DNA of 57,471 bases, taken from contig CAXSGP010000017.1 of NCBI GenBank assembly GCA_964236955.1, forward strand, positions 1-57,471. Reading direction: 5' to 3'. Below, piece after piece: positions 18,955-30,214 of the stretch; the stretch's first letter is position 1; each line of letters begins with the position of its first letter. Under the pieces are notes generated by a model. That model saw nothing but the letters and a program-made list of their open reading frames with translations, had not been told where the DNA came from and did not search any database. Position numbers and translations under genes: made by a program. This DNA is from an uncultured Oligoflexus sp. GTDB lineage: Bacteria; Bdellovibrionota_B; Oligoflexia; Oligoflexales; Oligoflexaceae.

Positions 18955-19635
18955 CTAGAAGTCGGCAACTATCGGGTGAAAGAGAAACTCGTCACCTTCC
19001 GATACCTGATGATCTTTATTCGTATCAAAGATCAGCGAGAACTCCTTTACCTTGGCATCGAAATAAAGCCAGACATCCGACGTAACCGTGTTTCGACTTA
19101 CCCCTGAGAGCAGCAGTACCGACGAGTTCGGCCAGGCCGGAAGATGGACCATACTTTGACTTTGCGAGTCAGAGGAATTGACTTGGCCCTGGTCCTCGGC
19201 AACTTGGGAAACGATTTTCTTAACGATACGGGCTTGGTATTTTATCGTGCCGTCCTGGTAGGTAATGAATTGACCGCCATCGAAAAAGCAAGCCATCGGC
19301 ATAAGGTCGGAGCAGATGTCGATGTCTGCCGCTAAAAGCTGTTTGGCTTCTGCCATTGGCTTGGCTGGTTCAAGATTTTGGCCGCTTTTGCTGCTGGTAT
19401 CGACATCACTCCAGCTGTCACTTAAACAGACTTTGTATACATCAAGCTCTTTGACGAAGATCAAATGGTTGAGCTTCTCCGGCGTGCAGGCGGGAAGATC
19501 CGCCATACTCTTAACCAACGGCGATTTTTTGATCGAGCCGGCATATTCCGCTAAATAGCGATGATCTGAGGGATCGGGTGGACTGCCGCAGGCTGTTTCG
19601 AGAAGCAGAAATCCCGCGATAATTATACGTTTCAT
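18955..19635 (-). CDS. Hypothetical lipoprotein
   Basis: MKRIIIAGFLLLETAC signal/lipobox; DLPAC...YKVC disulfide module; C-terminal DTNKDHQVSEGD Ca-binding-like loop. Confidence 0.7.
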   Translation of the reverse strand: MKRIIIAGFLLLETACGSPPDPSDHRYLAEYAGSIKKSPLVKSMADLPACTPEKLNHLIFVKELDVYKVCLSDSWSDVDTSSKSGQNLEPAKPMAEAKQLLAADIDICSDLMPMACFFDGGQFITYQDGTIKYQARIVKKIVSQVAEDQGQVNSSDSQSQSMVHLPAWPNSSVLLLSGVSRNTVTSDVWLYFDAKVKEFSLIFDTNKDHQVSEGDEFLFHPIVADF

Positions 19636-19669
19636 TGTCTAACCCCTATCAACTTCGACGATGCATTGT

Positions 19670-19696
19670 GTATCGCCATAGGCAATTTTTTCTTTA
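19670..19696 (-). promoter_or_regulatory. Sigma28 (FliA)-like promoter
   Basis: Minus strand TAAAG-N14-GGCGATAC, 34 nt upstream of the ATG at 19635. Confidence 0.55.
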
Positions 19697-19872
19697 GGTA
19701 AGATCGAATCGGCAGAATCTAAGCTGTCGCGCCTTGGCGACTTTGACTATTTGGAACAATGATAAATTGTGAAATTGCGCTTATGTCCCGGCTTGGCGTG
19801 AAAAAAAAAGCCGTGGGAATGCTTAGGCAATCTGTCGAAAATGTAAAAATCTTCACGGGAGGAATTCGAGGC

Positions 19873-19903
19873 AAAAAAAGACGCGCCTAGTGGCGCGTCC
19901 TTT
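19873..19903 (-). terminator. Rho-independent terminator of the collagen-like gene
   Basis: Minus strand GACGCGCC-ACTA-GGCGCGTC followed by TTTTTTT. Confidence 0.8.
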
Positions 19904-19936
19904 ATATTTTTTCAATCGCTCAGTCCTCCCTGCTGG

Positions 19937-22150
19937 TCAGGAATTGAGCGGGACTGCTGCCACGGTTTCGATTTTAAGATTGAGTGTGGTGCCAATGAGG
20001 GAATTTTTTTCTACCCGTACTTCAATATCGCCCTTTCGAATACGGATTTTTATCGATTCCTCCATTCGCAGGGGAATCGTGATTCCTTCCGGTGTGGTAG
20101 CGACGCCGTCCATGCTTATGATGTCGCGCCCACTCAGATCGACAGTTCCAACTTTGGCCCAATGACCGAGGCCATCGGAGCCGATTTTTATCCGGGTTTT
20201 AATATCCTGAGATGCGGCTTTGTCATTGCTGCGATCGCTTTTGCTGTCCTGTTTGAAATAGGCTTTGCCAATGCGCAGGCGGTCATTTTCAAAACAAATC
20301 ACGGATGGTCCGCTCGCCGGGCAGGCGGCGACGCTACTGAGAAAGCCAGGTGTACCGGGATCACCCTTATCGCCTTTGTCACCTTTGGGACCTTCAACGC
20401 CCGGTTCACCGGTCTCCCCTTTGGGACCACGCAGACCCGTTAGGCCTGGGGCTCCTGTATCACCCTTTTCGCCTTTTTCGCCACGGAGACCGGGATCACC
20501 TTTAGGGCCTTCGGGACCAACAGGACCAGCTAAGCCCCGCTCTCCTTGAGGGCCCGGCAAACCGCGTGGACCGACATCGCCTTTCGCTCCTTCGGGACCA
20601 ACGGCACCCGTCGCACCCTTTTCGCCGTCAGCACCCGCAAGGCCGGTCGGGCCTTGCGAGCCCAAATCACCTTTGGCACCTGTATCACCTTTAGGACCGA
20701 CCGGTCCTATGGGGCCTTGGGCACCGGTAGCACCTGGGCCGCCGCTTTCGCCGCGTGGGCCGGTGAGTCCGATAGGACCTATAGAGCCTTTTTCACCGGC
20801 TAAGCCCGGCGCTCCGGTGTCACCTTTGCTGCCCTTTTCCCCCGCATCGCCTTTAACACCGGGAGCTCCATCGAAGCCTTTTGGTCCAACAGGTCCTGGC
20901 AATCCCATGGGACCGACTTCTCCTTTGGCTCCGCTCGGACCGGCTTCTCCTTTAAGACCAGGAAGTCCGGTAGGACCGGTAGGACCAGTTTCCCCTTTGG
21001 CTCCGCCAAGACCTGCTTCCCCTTTAGGACCAGGCAGGCCCGTGGCACCCACGGGGCCCGTTTCACCCCGGGGGCCTGGAATACCAATAGGACCGCTGGG
21101 CCCACTTGCGCCGTCCAGACCTTTTTCACCTTTAATTCCAGGAAGGCCCGTTGGTCCGATTTCGCCTTTAGGGCCAACGTTACCCGGAAGACCACGTTCG
21201 CCTTTTTCGCCTCTTGGACCGTTGTCACCGACAGGTCCGATAGGTCCCACGTCACCCTTTTCTCCAGCGTCACCCTTAAGTCCTGGGTTACCGATAGGAC
21301 CTGGATCCCCATTATGACCGCGAGGACCCTGGGGACCTGACGGTCCGGCTAGGCCTGGATCCCCCTTTTCGCCGGCAGCTCCCGGAGCTCCTTTAGGACC
21401 TGGCTGTCCTGGCAGGCCAGTGGGTCCGATAGGACCCTGAGGTCCTGCGCTACCCCCCGCGAGGAAATAAAGATCGGTAACCTGGCTGAAGTCCGAACTG
21501 TCGAGCCGGAGCTGCAATTCTTCGGGATTTCGCTGCAGAATCGCTGATGGCAGAGGCTGAGATTTGCCTAAAATAGCTGTGAAATCGCAAGAATTTGTCA
21601 TCACGACATTGTGAAACTCATCACCCCAAATTTTTCGACCCGAGATTTTTTCAAGTATGGACACCGAATAGCCGATTCCCACCCGACAAAGATTGGCCTG
21701 ACCGCCGCAACTGCAGGCTGTTTGGACAAACACCGGAGCGATGCCACGCGCATCCACCGCCCGATGGGACTGCAGGGGTTTGCCGGTCATGGACTGGAAT
21801 ATGGGGTCCTTGGCGTTGATGAGCCCATCACCGTTGAGATCGATACCGAGTGCCACCGAACCCTGAGTGTTTTCCAAATGCACAAGGCCGAGGACCTCGA
21901 CTCCCCTATCGACTTCCGTATAGGTCAGTTGAGTGGCATCAATGGTCACAGGATTTTTCGATCCTGTTGCGATAAAGCGCCGCTCAACGTCATCGATGGC
22001 AATCCCTTTCAGGGTCACGTGCACACTGAACCATTGCTCGGCGCTAAAGGCAGCCGAACTTACTGCAGCCCAACTGCAGCCAAAAAGCGCAAGCTTCAGT
22101 ACAGCGCTTCTTGAGGCCAGCAGCAGTGAGCCGATTTTAAGATCTTTCAT
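19937..22150 (-). CDS. Secreted collagen-like protein (about 123 uninterrupted Gly-X-Y triplets)
   Basis: ATG 22150 after GGAAAGG; signal peptide; N-terminal globular region; Gly-X-Y run at nt 21454-20348; ~130 aa C-terminal domain. Confidence 0.9.
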   Translation of the reverse strand: MKDLKIGSLLLASRSAVLKLALFGCSWAAVSSAAFSAEQWFSVHVTLKGIAIDDVERRFIATGSKNPVTIDATQLTYTEVDRGVEVLGLVHLENTQGSVALGIDLNGDGLINAKDPIFQSMTGKPLQSHRAVDARGIAPVFVQTACSCGGQANLCRVGIGYSVSILEKISGRKIWGDEFHNVVMTNSCDFTAILGKSQPLPSAILQRNPEELQLRLDSSDFSQVTDLYFLAGGSAGPQGPIGPTGLPGQPGPKGAPGAAGEKGDPGLAGPSGPQGPRGHNGDPGPIGNPGLKGDAGEKGDVGPIGPVGDNGPRGEKGERGLPGNVGPKGEIGPTGLPGIKGEKGLDGASGPSGPIGIPGPRGETGPVGATGLPGPKGEAGLGGAKGETGPTGPTGLPGLKGEAGPSGAKGEVGPMGLPGPVGPKGFDGAPGVKGDAGEKGSKGDTGAPGLAGEKGSIGPIGLTGPRGESGGPGATGAQGPIGPVGPKGDTGAKGDLGSQGPTGLAGADGEKGATGAVGPEGAKGDVGPRGLPGPQGERGLAGPVGPEGPKGDPGLRGEKGEKGDTGAPGLTGLRGPKGETGEPGVEGPKGDKGDKGDPGTPGFLSSVAACPASGPSVICFENDRLRIGKAYFKQDSKSDRSNDKAASQDIKTRIKIGSDGLGHWAKVGTVDLSGRDIISMDGVATTPEGITIPLRMEESIKIRIRKGDIEVRVEKNSLIGTTLNLKIETVAAVPLNS

Positions 22151-23330
22151 AAGCACCTTTCCTTTGTTTCGTAATATTATTTCGAGGACGGATAGACGAA
22201 GTTTTACCGAGGCAGAACTCCCGGACCAAGGGAGCGATGGCATCATCGGTCGGACAGTTCGCTTCGGTCTTGATGACGCTGCCGTCGGAGATGGGGTTAT
22301 CCCATAGATAAAGATAATTCAGATCCTTGAGATCCTTCAGCCAACTCACATTGCTAATGTTGTTACCTATAAGCCTTAGATCACGAAGCGTCGTGAGGCC
22401 TGCGAGATCGTCAACTTTTTGGAGAAGATTGAACGAGACATCGAGGCTTAGGAGTTCGCTCCGATCGGCAATGGGAAAAAGATAGCGGATGCGGTTTCTG
22501 GCGACAATAAGAACATTCAATTTCGTAAGCGGAGCCAAAGCCACTAGGTACATAACTTTGTTTCCTGCCAGCGACAGGCGGCGGATGTTGGTCAGGCTGG
22601 AAATGGGAGTGAGGTCTTCGACCAGGTTATCGTCGAAATAAAGATAGGTTAGTTTATGAAGGCCAGACAGCGGAGTGAGGTCATCAACTTGATTGCCTTC
22701 AAAATTCAGGGACGTCAGGTTTGGTAGGAAAGCGACCGGACTCAGATCGCTAATCCGGTTGTTGGTCAGGTAGAGGGTCTGTAGATGCGGCATCGCTGCC
22801 ACGGGGCTAATATCTTCGAGACTATTATTGCCGATATTGAGGTAAGTCAGCTTTTGTAGCTCGGAAATCGAACTGAAATCAGTGACATGGGTTCCCCACA
22901 TCACGAGCGTATCGAGCTGCGAGAGGGTGGTGATGCTTGTCAAATCATCAAAAGGATTTTGTGAAAGCGTCAGTTCGCGGAGGTTGCCCAACTGAGCCAA
23001 CGGTGAAGGATCACTGATGAGGTTGTTCGTCAGGTCCAAATATTTAAGGTGGGTGAATCTGCTAAGCGGCCGGAGATCGGTCAAAGATCTGTCCTCCAGC
23101 TTGATCTCGACCTGACTATCGAGCTGCGCGGCAGCGATTGCGCAATCTGTGCTGTTAGCCACAGAGAGCAGCGCTGCGACGGTGACCCGGGCGCTGGCCG
23201 GGGCCTCAGCGTCGAGACACCACGCAAGAAAATCTTTGTCCTGATCCGCGGCTTTTGCCTCTAGGCAAATGCCCCACGCGCCGATTGCAAATACCGACAG
23301 CCAACTTATATTGGGCCGCATCAGAGTCAC
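22137..23330 (-). CDS. Secreted internalin-like leucine-rich repeat protein
   Basis: About 12 LRRs of 22 aa (L-x2-L-x-L-x2-N-x-I-x-DL-x-PL); Cys N-cap (FLAWC...TDC); C-cap CPT...V-x2-FC; overlaps the collagen start by 14 nt. Confidence 0.9.
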   Translation of the reverse strand: MTLMRPNISWLSVFAIGAWGICLEAKAADQDKDFLAWCLDAEAPASARVTVAALLSVANSTDCAIAAAQLDSQVEIKLEDRSLTDLRPLSRFTHLKYLDLTNNLISDPSPLAQLGNLRELTLSQNPFDDLTSITTLSQLDTLVMWGTHVTDFSSISELQKLTYLNIGNNSLEDISPVAAMPHLQTLYLTNNRISDLSPVAFLPNLTSLNFEGNQVDDLTPLSGLHKLTYLYFDDNLVEDLTPISSLTNIRRLSLAGNKVMYLVALAPLTKLNVLIVARNRIRYLFPIADRSELLSLDVSFNLLQKVDDLAGLTTLRDLRLIGNNISNVSWLKDLKDLNYLYLWDNPISDGSVIKTEANCPTDDAIAPLVREFCLGKTSSIRPRNNITKQRKGAYERS

Positions 23331-23556
23331 CTCTCTCAGCTCGAGAATTGAGTATGGATTCGACCCCTATGTTAAAGCGCAGCGCGAGGAGGAGTATAGG
23401 CAATATTTCGAAAGCTGATTATTTTTTACGCGATTTATGGGAAAGGCTTGCGGTGAGCTGTTTTCATGAAAAGGATAGAGGGGAAATAAAATACTCGAAT
23501 AATATTTAGCGAAATAAGAGTCAGATTTTTATCTGACTCCGGTGGGAGGGAAGCCC

Positions 23557-24159
23557 TTAGATGCGAATAAATCTAAAGGTAAACATCAACTGAGGGATCT
23601 TAGGACATACGGGACAGGCAGGATTGGAATTGTTTTGATTGGGATTTTGATTGGGACTTTGATTGGGATTTTGCTCACAAACAGTTCCACTTTGATTGGC
23701 CTGGGAAGCCTGAGCGCTGGTCCGGGCTTGAGCCTGGGTCGTCAAGGCTTCATCTGGAGGAGTGATCAAAGTCACATCCAGGAAACGATTCTGTTCGTAG
23801 AGTCGGATTCTCATCTCGACGTTTTTGAAAACACCATCAGCATCGTTAAAGGTACCAATGGTCGAGTAGAGACCAGTCGCAGGATTATAAACCAGACTCT
23901 GGGGAAACTGAGGGCTCAGGCGCGTCTCGTTGCCGACAACTGTCGATGGAATCGTTATCGTCGTTCCAACCACTAAATTATCAGGACTTATCTGCAGGCG
24001 AGCAAGACCATTGTCGGCCTGCTGATAGGTACCGGCGAGGGGCGAAGCGTCCCGGACCCTTATATCACTGCTGATGGCTGGCTTCTGTTTGTTGTCGCTG
24101 GCTTTCCCACACGCCAGGGCAGACAGCATAATCGCGAAAAAAATTGAAAGTCGTATCAT
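23557..24159 (-). CDS. Hypothetical lipoprotein with (N/S)PNQ repeat
   Basis: ATG 24159; lipobox ALAC; QNPNQSPNQNPNQ loop flanked by Cys residues near the C-terminus. Confidence 0.7.
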   Translation of the reverse strand: MIRLSIFFAIMLSALACGKASDNKQKPAISSDIRVRDASPLAGTYQQADNGLARLQISPDNLVVGTTITIPSTVVGNETRLSPQFPQSLVYNPATGLYSTIGTFNDADGVFKNVEMRIRLYEQNRFLDVTLITPPDEALTTQAQARTSAQASQANQSGTVCEQNPNQSPNQNPNQNNSNPACPVCPKIPQLMFTFRFIRI

Positions 24160-24537
24160 AGAATGGCTTCCTTTGGGTGTTTCCAAACTGGCGATCGCCC
24201 ATTGTTTCGGCTCCCCATGCTTGGCAGTTTCGATGAAGGGAATTACGTCAGGAATAATCCATTTTGACGCGAAACTCTCATATCCTATATTTTTTGACAT
24301 AGGTTGCCTGCAATTGCTGAGGGGGCAATTTTTTATACGCATTGGCAAGCTTGAGCTGGAATTGCGGAACCTATGAGGACTTTGGGAATAGTAGCGGTGA
24401 ATAAGAAAACCGGAATTGAGAGGATAAGCAGCGGATAGTGTTTAAGAAAGAATAAAAGACGTTTTTTTAGTGGCTTACACGAAGCCCAAGCGGGTGGGCG
24501 GAACCAGGCTCGCTGCCGAGCCCTGCCGCTTCTGACC

Positions 24538-26367
24538 TTACTTTTTTTGAGCCTGGGCCAGGAGTTTAAAGAAATGGTCGGGTCTGACAAAGACGACGTT
24601 GGGATTGCCCTCATAGCGCTTTTGCAATGCGGTGATGGCCGTCGGCTGTATCGTCGACATATTCATATTTGCCTGCACCGAAGCAAACATCGGCTTATCA
24701 CCACGGAAGTTTTTAAGTTGGGCCTCCACGCCGTGCGAGAGGATTTCCTCAGTGTCGCCATAGGAAATGGTCAGCCGATGGATAGGAACTTTATTGCTGA
24801 TAATCTGCAGCTCCCGCGATTCATCCTGAATAGTCATTCCCAGGAGATCGGGAACGTTCTTCAAATAGGCCTGAGTGATTTCATTTGAAAGGTCAACGCG
24901 GTCGTTCCATAGGGTTGTGATGTTGAGGCCGGCTCTGCCCATATATTCACCCGTGACCTTCGCATATTTTTCGAACGAGCCGGCAGGCCAGGCGTTAGGA
25001 TAGGTATACCCGAGACCGGAAGGCCCGCAGATTAACACATCGTTGACCGTCGCCGTGCGCTGCAGATAGTTGATGATAACGGGCGCGATATCGACGAGAG
25101 CAGGATTGATAGTCCATGCCGTTGGCACTTTGCCCCGGTTGGTATCAGCCCATTTCAAAGGTATGAGGCTTTCATCCTCCTGAAGGTTGTCGCCGTCGCT
25201 GACGATAACACTGACGTAGAGTTTATTTTCAAGGGGGGGAGGCGCTGGCGCGACGCGTTTGGTCATGGCCTCGCGTTGACCGCCCATCGCCGTAAGATTG
25301 CTAGACCAATCAGCAGCGTAGACGGGAATGCCATGCAAAGCGGCCTGGTGTACACCCTTTGGTTCGTCCTTCCACCAGCCGAGATAAGGGCTGTTATGAG
25401 GCATTAGCGCTAAGTAGCGATCGAGCAATGCGTTCTCATCGCCCTCAGGATTGAGCCAGATCATAAGGCCTTTAGTTGCGACGGCATAGTCCCGAAGATG
25501 ACCCTTCACATTGGGGTTCAGACCAAAAATGATGCGATGACTGCCCTTCGACGCGTATTGATCAAATTGATATTGGTACACCTCGAGCGGAGTCTTAAAG
25601 TTCTGCTCCCGCAAATCCTTGAAAACAGGCAGGGAAAAAGGTGGATTCTTCAGGGTTGAAGCCAACTGGGGGGAAACGGCGATGACGTTTTCAATGCCTG
25701 ACATGGTAGTGGCCAAATTGATAGTATCCATGATCCTGTCATCATAGATGACCATACCTTTGACTTCATTTTTGTACTTACTGATGAGATCGAGCGCTTT
25801 GGCGACTTTCGTGGACTTCCCGCCCACCTCTTTGAGCCAGAGGCGCGAGGGTTCGGAATCAGTCAGAATAAAGATGCGCGGCTCTTCCCTATTGACCAGC
25901 CCCTGGAGGGTGACGACTGCCGAAATCATATCGTCAGCGATGGTTCCACGCTCGATCACGTCTAGAGTTTTAACGGGCAGAAAAATGGGAAAGATCCTGC
26001 CTTCAGGCCAATCGATGCCACGTTTGGGCCCTTCAACGGGACTAGGTTTATTGGAGGTTTGGGTTGGGATCCCAGGGGTGGGGACGGTGTCGCCGGGATT
26101 GCCTACCGGCGTTTCATCGCTGGGCTCTGCCGGTTCCTTGTGGGCTTCTCCAATGCTTTCGCCGTCACCACCGTTTGCGTCGGGTACGGCCGAATCGCTC
26201 GTTTCCGGCTCATCTGGGGCATGGATCTCGGGGCTGCTAAAATCTATCATTTTCGGGCGTTTGTTGCAGGATGATTGAACTATTGGCAATGAGAGCAGGA
26301 TCCATAAGATGGGCAGGATTGCCACAATGTTTGTGGTCAAGCGCTTCAAAAGAGTCTTATCATTCAT
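24538..26367 (-). CDS. GxGYxYP-family putative glycoside hydrolase (lipoprotein)
   Basis: TLQGLVNR...PRIF, LRDYAVA, YLGWW, SDGDNLQ, RGKVPTAWTINP and the signature GPSGLGYTYP; Pro/Glu-rich linker after SSC. Confidence 0.88.
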   Translation of the reverse strand: MNDKTLLKRLTTNIVAILPILWILLSLPIVQSSCNKRPKMIDFSSPEIHAPDEPETSDSAVPDANGGDGESIGEAHKEPAEPSDETPVGNPGDTVPTPGIPTQTSNKPSPVEGPKRGIDWPEGRIFPIFLPVKTLDVIERGTIADDMISAVVTLQGLVNREEPRIFILTDSEPSRLWLKEVGGKSTKVAKALDLISKYKNEVKGMVIYDDRIMDTINLATTMSGIENVIAVSPQLASTLKNPPFSLPVFKDLREQNFKTPLEVYQYQFDQYASKGSHRIIFGLNPNVKGHLRDYAVATKGLMIWLNPEGDENALLDRYLALMPHNSPYLGWWKDEPKGVHQAALHGIPVYAADWSSNLTAMGGQREAMTKRVAPAPPPLENKLYVSVIVSDGDNLQEDESLIPLKWADTNRGKVPTAWTINPALVDIAPVIINYLQRTATVNDVLICGPSGLGYTYPNAWPAGSFEKYAKVTGEYMGRAGLNITTLWNDRVDLSNEITQAYLKNVPDLLGMTIQDESRELQIISNKVPIHRLTISYGDTEEILSHGVEAQLKNFRGDKPMFASVQANMNMSTIQPTAITALQKRYEGNPNVVFVRPDHFFKLLAQAQKK

Positions 26368-26400
26368 GACTTTCTCATTTTTGATCGGTGCGTTGCTACA

Positions 26401-26428
26401 CTGTCGGTATTTTTAGCGGAAAACTTGA
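26401..26428 (-). promoter_or_regulatory. Sigma28-like promoter
   Basis: Minus strand TCAAG-N15-ACCGACAG, 33 nt upstream of the ATG at 26367. Confidence 0.45.
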
Positions 26429-26698
26429 GGAATGAATGGGGGCCTCGGATTCCCTTCGCATGGACTCGGGAGTACCGGAGGGAGCCGGCCAGGGCCTGGG
26501 ATTGTGAAAGCGGTAACTTGAGCCGCGCGATCCAAGCGGAAACGCGGTTTCGCGGAATATTTTCCGTCATTCAAGCCGAAAAAATTGCTCACAGGTAGGG
26601 GCTACTATCCCGAGGCTAGCTAAGACGGCAGCAAATTTTAGAGAAAAATCCCTGATTATAAGCACAAAGGCCGCATGATTATTGAGCGATTATCGATT

Positions 26699-27277
26699 TT
26701 ACTTATGCGCAGGACCAAAGGAGCTTTCACCGTAGTTGATGTTGAAGTCGCCACGACGATTCTTTTTGTAAGCCTTGACGGTCGGCGTGTCTTCCAATGG
26801 TTCAGCAGCCCCGTAAGAAACCGGATCAAGGCGCTCATTCTCGATGCCGTGTTTGCTAAGATATTCCTTGATGACTTTTGCCCGCCTCGCACTTAACCTA
26901 TCGTTAAAATCTTTAGTTCCCTGCTTGTCGGCATGACCTCTTATGGTGATGCGCGAGAGGGGGTCTTTTTTCATTCCGGCTACTATTTTATTCAGGGCTG
27001 TTATGGCTTCAGGGTTTAGCTCCGACTTTTCAAATTCAAAATGAACGAGAATGCCGTTTGGATTAAAGCCCTGATAGTCAGTGACGGTATACTCTTTGAC
27101 TTCATCAACTGTATCGATGCCTGCTTCTTGCACAATGCTATTCACTCGATCGGCGGCAGCTGCTTCGGCAACCGCTTTTTCGTCAGCAGGTCGGCCGCTG
27201 GTGGCACAGGATGCGAGTAGGCTAAAAGACATAAGCGCTAAAATTGAATAATTTGAGTAAGACATTCTATTTTTCAT
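26699..27277 (-). CDS. OmpA/Pal-family peptidoglycan-binding lipoprotein
   Basis: Lipobox LASC; VHFEFEKSEL, IRGHADKQG, FNDRLSARRA, SYGAAEP, KNRR. Confidence 0.92.
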   Translation of the reverse strand: MKNRMSYSNYSILALMSFSLLASCATSGRPADEKAVAEAAAADRVNSIVQEAGIDTVDEVKEYTVTDYQGFNPNGILVHFEFEKSELNPEAITALNKIVAGMKKDPLSRITIRGHADKQGTKDFNDRLSARRAKVIKEYLSKHGIENERLDPVSYGAAEPLEDTPTVKAYKKNRRGDFNINYGESSFGPAHK

Positions 27278-27308
27278 ATTCGAAGCCCCTGAAAAAACTC
27301 ACAGAATC

Positions 27309-27335
27309 GTATCGGATGCCGGTCGCGGGACTATA
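27309..27335 (-). promoter_or_regulatory. Sigma28-like promoter
   Basis: Minus strand TATAG-N14-TCCGATAC, 31 nt upstream of the ATG at 27277. Confidence 0.55.
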
Positions 27336-27765
27336 GAAAAAGCTTTAAAATTCTATGGATTCAGGGAGTTAATAAGGAAACTAAAGTTTTACAATTTGGA
27401 TTCTAGCGATATCGGGATGCGCCTTTAAGCAATTGGCTTTGCCTCTATGCCCTTGGACCCCGTACCTGCCTCGTCCTGCCCGATAATAAAGATAAATATT
27501 TCGTGAATTAAAACCTCGATACCTGGGCTTGGGGTTTGATAGAATGGACCATACGGCCGGCAGCTCCTCCTTCTGCGGTTTATTTCGCTGCCTTCCTTTC
27601 CAGGATCGGGATATCGCAACGCCCGAATTTCGGTCATAATTAGAAGCTGTCTCAAAAATGCGAAATCTACGCGCCCTTAGGAAGTTCCCCTTTGGACTTG
27701 ATCTCCTATTTACGAGACAGCCGCTAAAGCCATCTCCTATCGGTCCCCACATTAGAGCAAAACGT

Positions 27766-29817
27766 ATGAAGATGAAGATGAAGTTGAAGATCCCTTGCAC
27801 GTTAACGTTTGTCACTGTCGCTTTATTAGGCTGCAAAACCACTTCCGACGATCTAACGCCTGATGTTAGACACTGGGGACTCGACCTGGTATCTGCCACG
27901 CCTCGTATCGAGAATCTGGAAGACTTTCTAAGTGACATCGATCTTCACGAAAACGTTAAAAAGCTGGAAAAAGAGCATCAGGATCGGCTCAAGGAAATTG
28001 CCGAGTTGGAAGCCACCGATCTGTCGCAGGAAGCGCAGGGGGGGCGTGCGTATAATGTCAAGAAGCGTATTGCCGTCGCCCTGATGCGTGATGCCACCTA
28101 CGCGCGGGCGATGGCCGCGCGACGGCTGTTCTATGATACCAAGCAATGGCGCCTGGTGAATCCTGAGCTTTTGCTGACGCTCAAAAAGGAAAAAGAAGTT
28201 GAGGAAAGCTCGTTCAAAATTCTGGAGGCAACCCGCGAGCTGGCAACTAAATTTACATTTGAGCCCGACGAAAATCAATACAACCTGATCCGTATGATGG
28301 CTCGGCAGCAAAGTCAGAGTCTACCCCTTTACTATGAACAGTTCAAAAAATCTTTCTCGGCTTCGCCCTTCGCTGACGAAGTCGAGGCATTTCTCGCTGC
28401 GGGTGCTTTTGATAAGAAAGATTATGCCAAGGCCGACAGCCTTTTCAAAGCTTTGATGGAAAACAAGTCGAGCAATGTCCGGCCTTACGTGGCGTTTCAG
28501 GTCGCCTGGCTCAATATCGCCCGTTATATCGACGAAAAAGACGCAAAGAAGCGTCCCGAGCTACTTGCCAAGGCCCAGGTTGGTTTGCGGCTGAGTATCA
28601 AGCTTATGCGGGATTGGAAGGGCAAAAAGCCCAGTTTTGACCTTGCGAGGGAAGCGGCCCATGACTTGGCTTGGATAGCTGCGGAACAGGGAACGCCAGC
28701 TGCGGATGGCCTGAAGCTACTGATTGAAAACGACGCTAAGGAATTTTATCGTGACTATCAAAAATTCGCGGTAATGAAAGCGATCCGTGAGAATCAGTTG
28801 CCCGTTGCCGAGGCTTTGATCAAAGAACTGTCATTCGAGCAGGAGGGGTCACGCGATTTTCCTGTTTATCAGTTCATGATGGCTGAGGTTGCTTTGGCAA
28901 AAAATGATTTTGTCGGCGCCCAAAGGAAGTATGAGGAAATACGCGGCCTGTTCAAGCCTGAAGTCGTCTGGTTTGAAAAGTGGAAGGACGATAAGATTTT
29001 GATTGATTTGGTTGATCAGCAGCTGGGCAACCATATCGTTACAACGGCGATGGTTATGAAAACCAAGGGTGAGCAAGCGGCTAAGGCTGCCCCTGAAGCT
29101 CCAAAAGGTGCGGTGGATAAGCCAAAAGTCCTGACGGCTGCTAAAACTCCTGTTGAAAATCCCAAACCATTGACGCGGGAAGAGTATTTCGCTAAAAGCC
29201 GAGACTTGATGAGGCTTTACGCCGAATGGTATCCGAACGGTCAGGCGCTTGATGACATTCGCTATCAAAGCGCTCTGCTTGAATATCATGGAGGACAAGT
29301 GGAAAAAGCCATGAATCTCCTGGCAGCTATCGCCAAAGATACGAAAAGCAAGCACAATAAAGAAGCGATATATGATGTTATGATCGTCACCTCGGAATGG
29401 GATGATAAGCAAGCCAGCCCCGATCTGCCCGAAACCGGCAAAGTGAAAAGTCCGATAGCATTGCCAAAGAGTAAAGTCCTTTTGATCGAGAAGATCGAGG
29501 CTTATCTCAAGAGTGAGCCTGACGCTGAAAACGCAATAAATCTGCAGTACAACATAGCATCGATTTACCATGCCTATGGCCATTATGAAAAGTCATTGCC
29601 GCTCTTCGATGCTCTCCTCCAGAAGGCGCCCGCTACCGAGATCGGACAGGCTTCCCTTAATCTTTCCCTGAGCTACCTCATGGAATCCAAACGGTGGGAC
29701 CTTCTTTTGGAGAAGTGCAAAGCTTATCTCTCCAATAAAGAGGTGACGGGAGCCGGCCATCGCAAGGTTTTGCGTCAGACTCTGGAGTATGCAAAATCAA
29801 TGGCTCATCCCGGGTGA
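27766..29817 (+). CDS. TPR-repeat lipoprotein, resembling gliding-motility GltD/AgmU-type proteins
   Basis: Lipobox LLGC; TPR-like helices (AFDKKDYAKADSLFK, YNIASIYHAYGHYEKSLPLF); the GltD resemblance is from memory only. Confidence 0.7.
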   Translation: MKMKMKLKIPCTLTFVTVALLGCKTTSDDLTPDVRHWGLDLVSATPRIENLEDFLSDIDLHENVKKLEKEHQDRLKEIAELEATDLSQEAQGGRAYNVKKRIAVALMRDATYARAMAARRLFYDTKQWRLVNPELLLTLKKEKEVEESSFKILEATRELATKFTFEPDENQYNLIRMMARQQSQSLPLYYEQFKKSFSASPFADEVEAFLAAGAFDKKDYAKADSLFKALMENKSSNVRPYVAFQVAWLNIARYIDEKDAKKRPELLAKAQVGLRLSIKLMRDWKGKKPSFDLAREAAHDLAWIAAEQGTPAADGLKLLIENDAKEFYRDYQKFAVMKAIRENQLPVAEALIKELSFEQEGSRDFPVYQFMMAEVALAKNDFVGAQRKYEEIRGLFKPEVVWFEKWKDDKILIDLVDQQLGNHIVTTAMVMKTKGEQAAKAAPEAPKGAVDKPKVLTAAKTPVENPKPLTREEYFAKSRDLMRLYAEWYPNGQALDDIRYQSALLEYHGGQVEKAMNLLAAIAKDTKSKHNKEAIYDVMIVTSEWDDKQASPDLPETGKVKSPIALPKSKVLLIEKIEAYLKSEPDAENAINLQYNIASIYHAYGHYEKSLPLFDALLQKAPATEIGQASLNLSLSYLMESKRWDLLLEKCKAYLSNKEVTGAGHRKVLRQTLEYAKSMAHPG

Positions 29818-30157
29818 TGGGCGATTTTAGCTTCATAAGGCTAAAACCGAAGGTCAATTCATTATGCATAAAATTTTCATTTGGCTATTGTTTATGTTGA
29901 ATTTTAGATGTTCGAGAATCAATCATCTCTATTTTTAGCCAACTCTACCCCCTGACAGCAGTATCCTGCAATCTTTTGAAAAGTTAGGGGCTAGGGTCAA
30001 AAAAGAAATCCTTGTCAAAGCTAAGCTTCTGGTACTTTGCGGACAGACGACCCTACTCGAGAGCTTACAGTATCGCGCCGCAGCACCTCTCGCTTCTCGC
30101 GTGAGGGACCCGCTCAGGGCATCCTTCCTTGCCCATCTTCTCCAGCAGCAAAAAAGC

Positions 30158-30187
30158 AAAACCCATCGACGAACGATGGGTTTTTTT
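30158..30187. terminator. Bidirectional terminator
   Basis: AAAACCCATCG-ACGAA-CGATGGGTTTTTTT between convergent genes. Confidence 0.8.
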
Positions 30188-30214
30188 ATGAGCTAACCAA
30201 GGCTAAGCCAGCTA

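Noticed and set aside
20162..21317. Pro/Gly-rich plus-strand ORFs (20673..21317, 20265..20549) and alternative-frame ORF 20800..21312
   Set aside because: Antisense or frame shadows of the Gly-X-Y codon pattern of the collagen gene.
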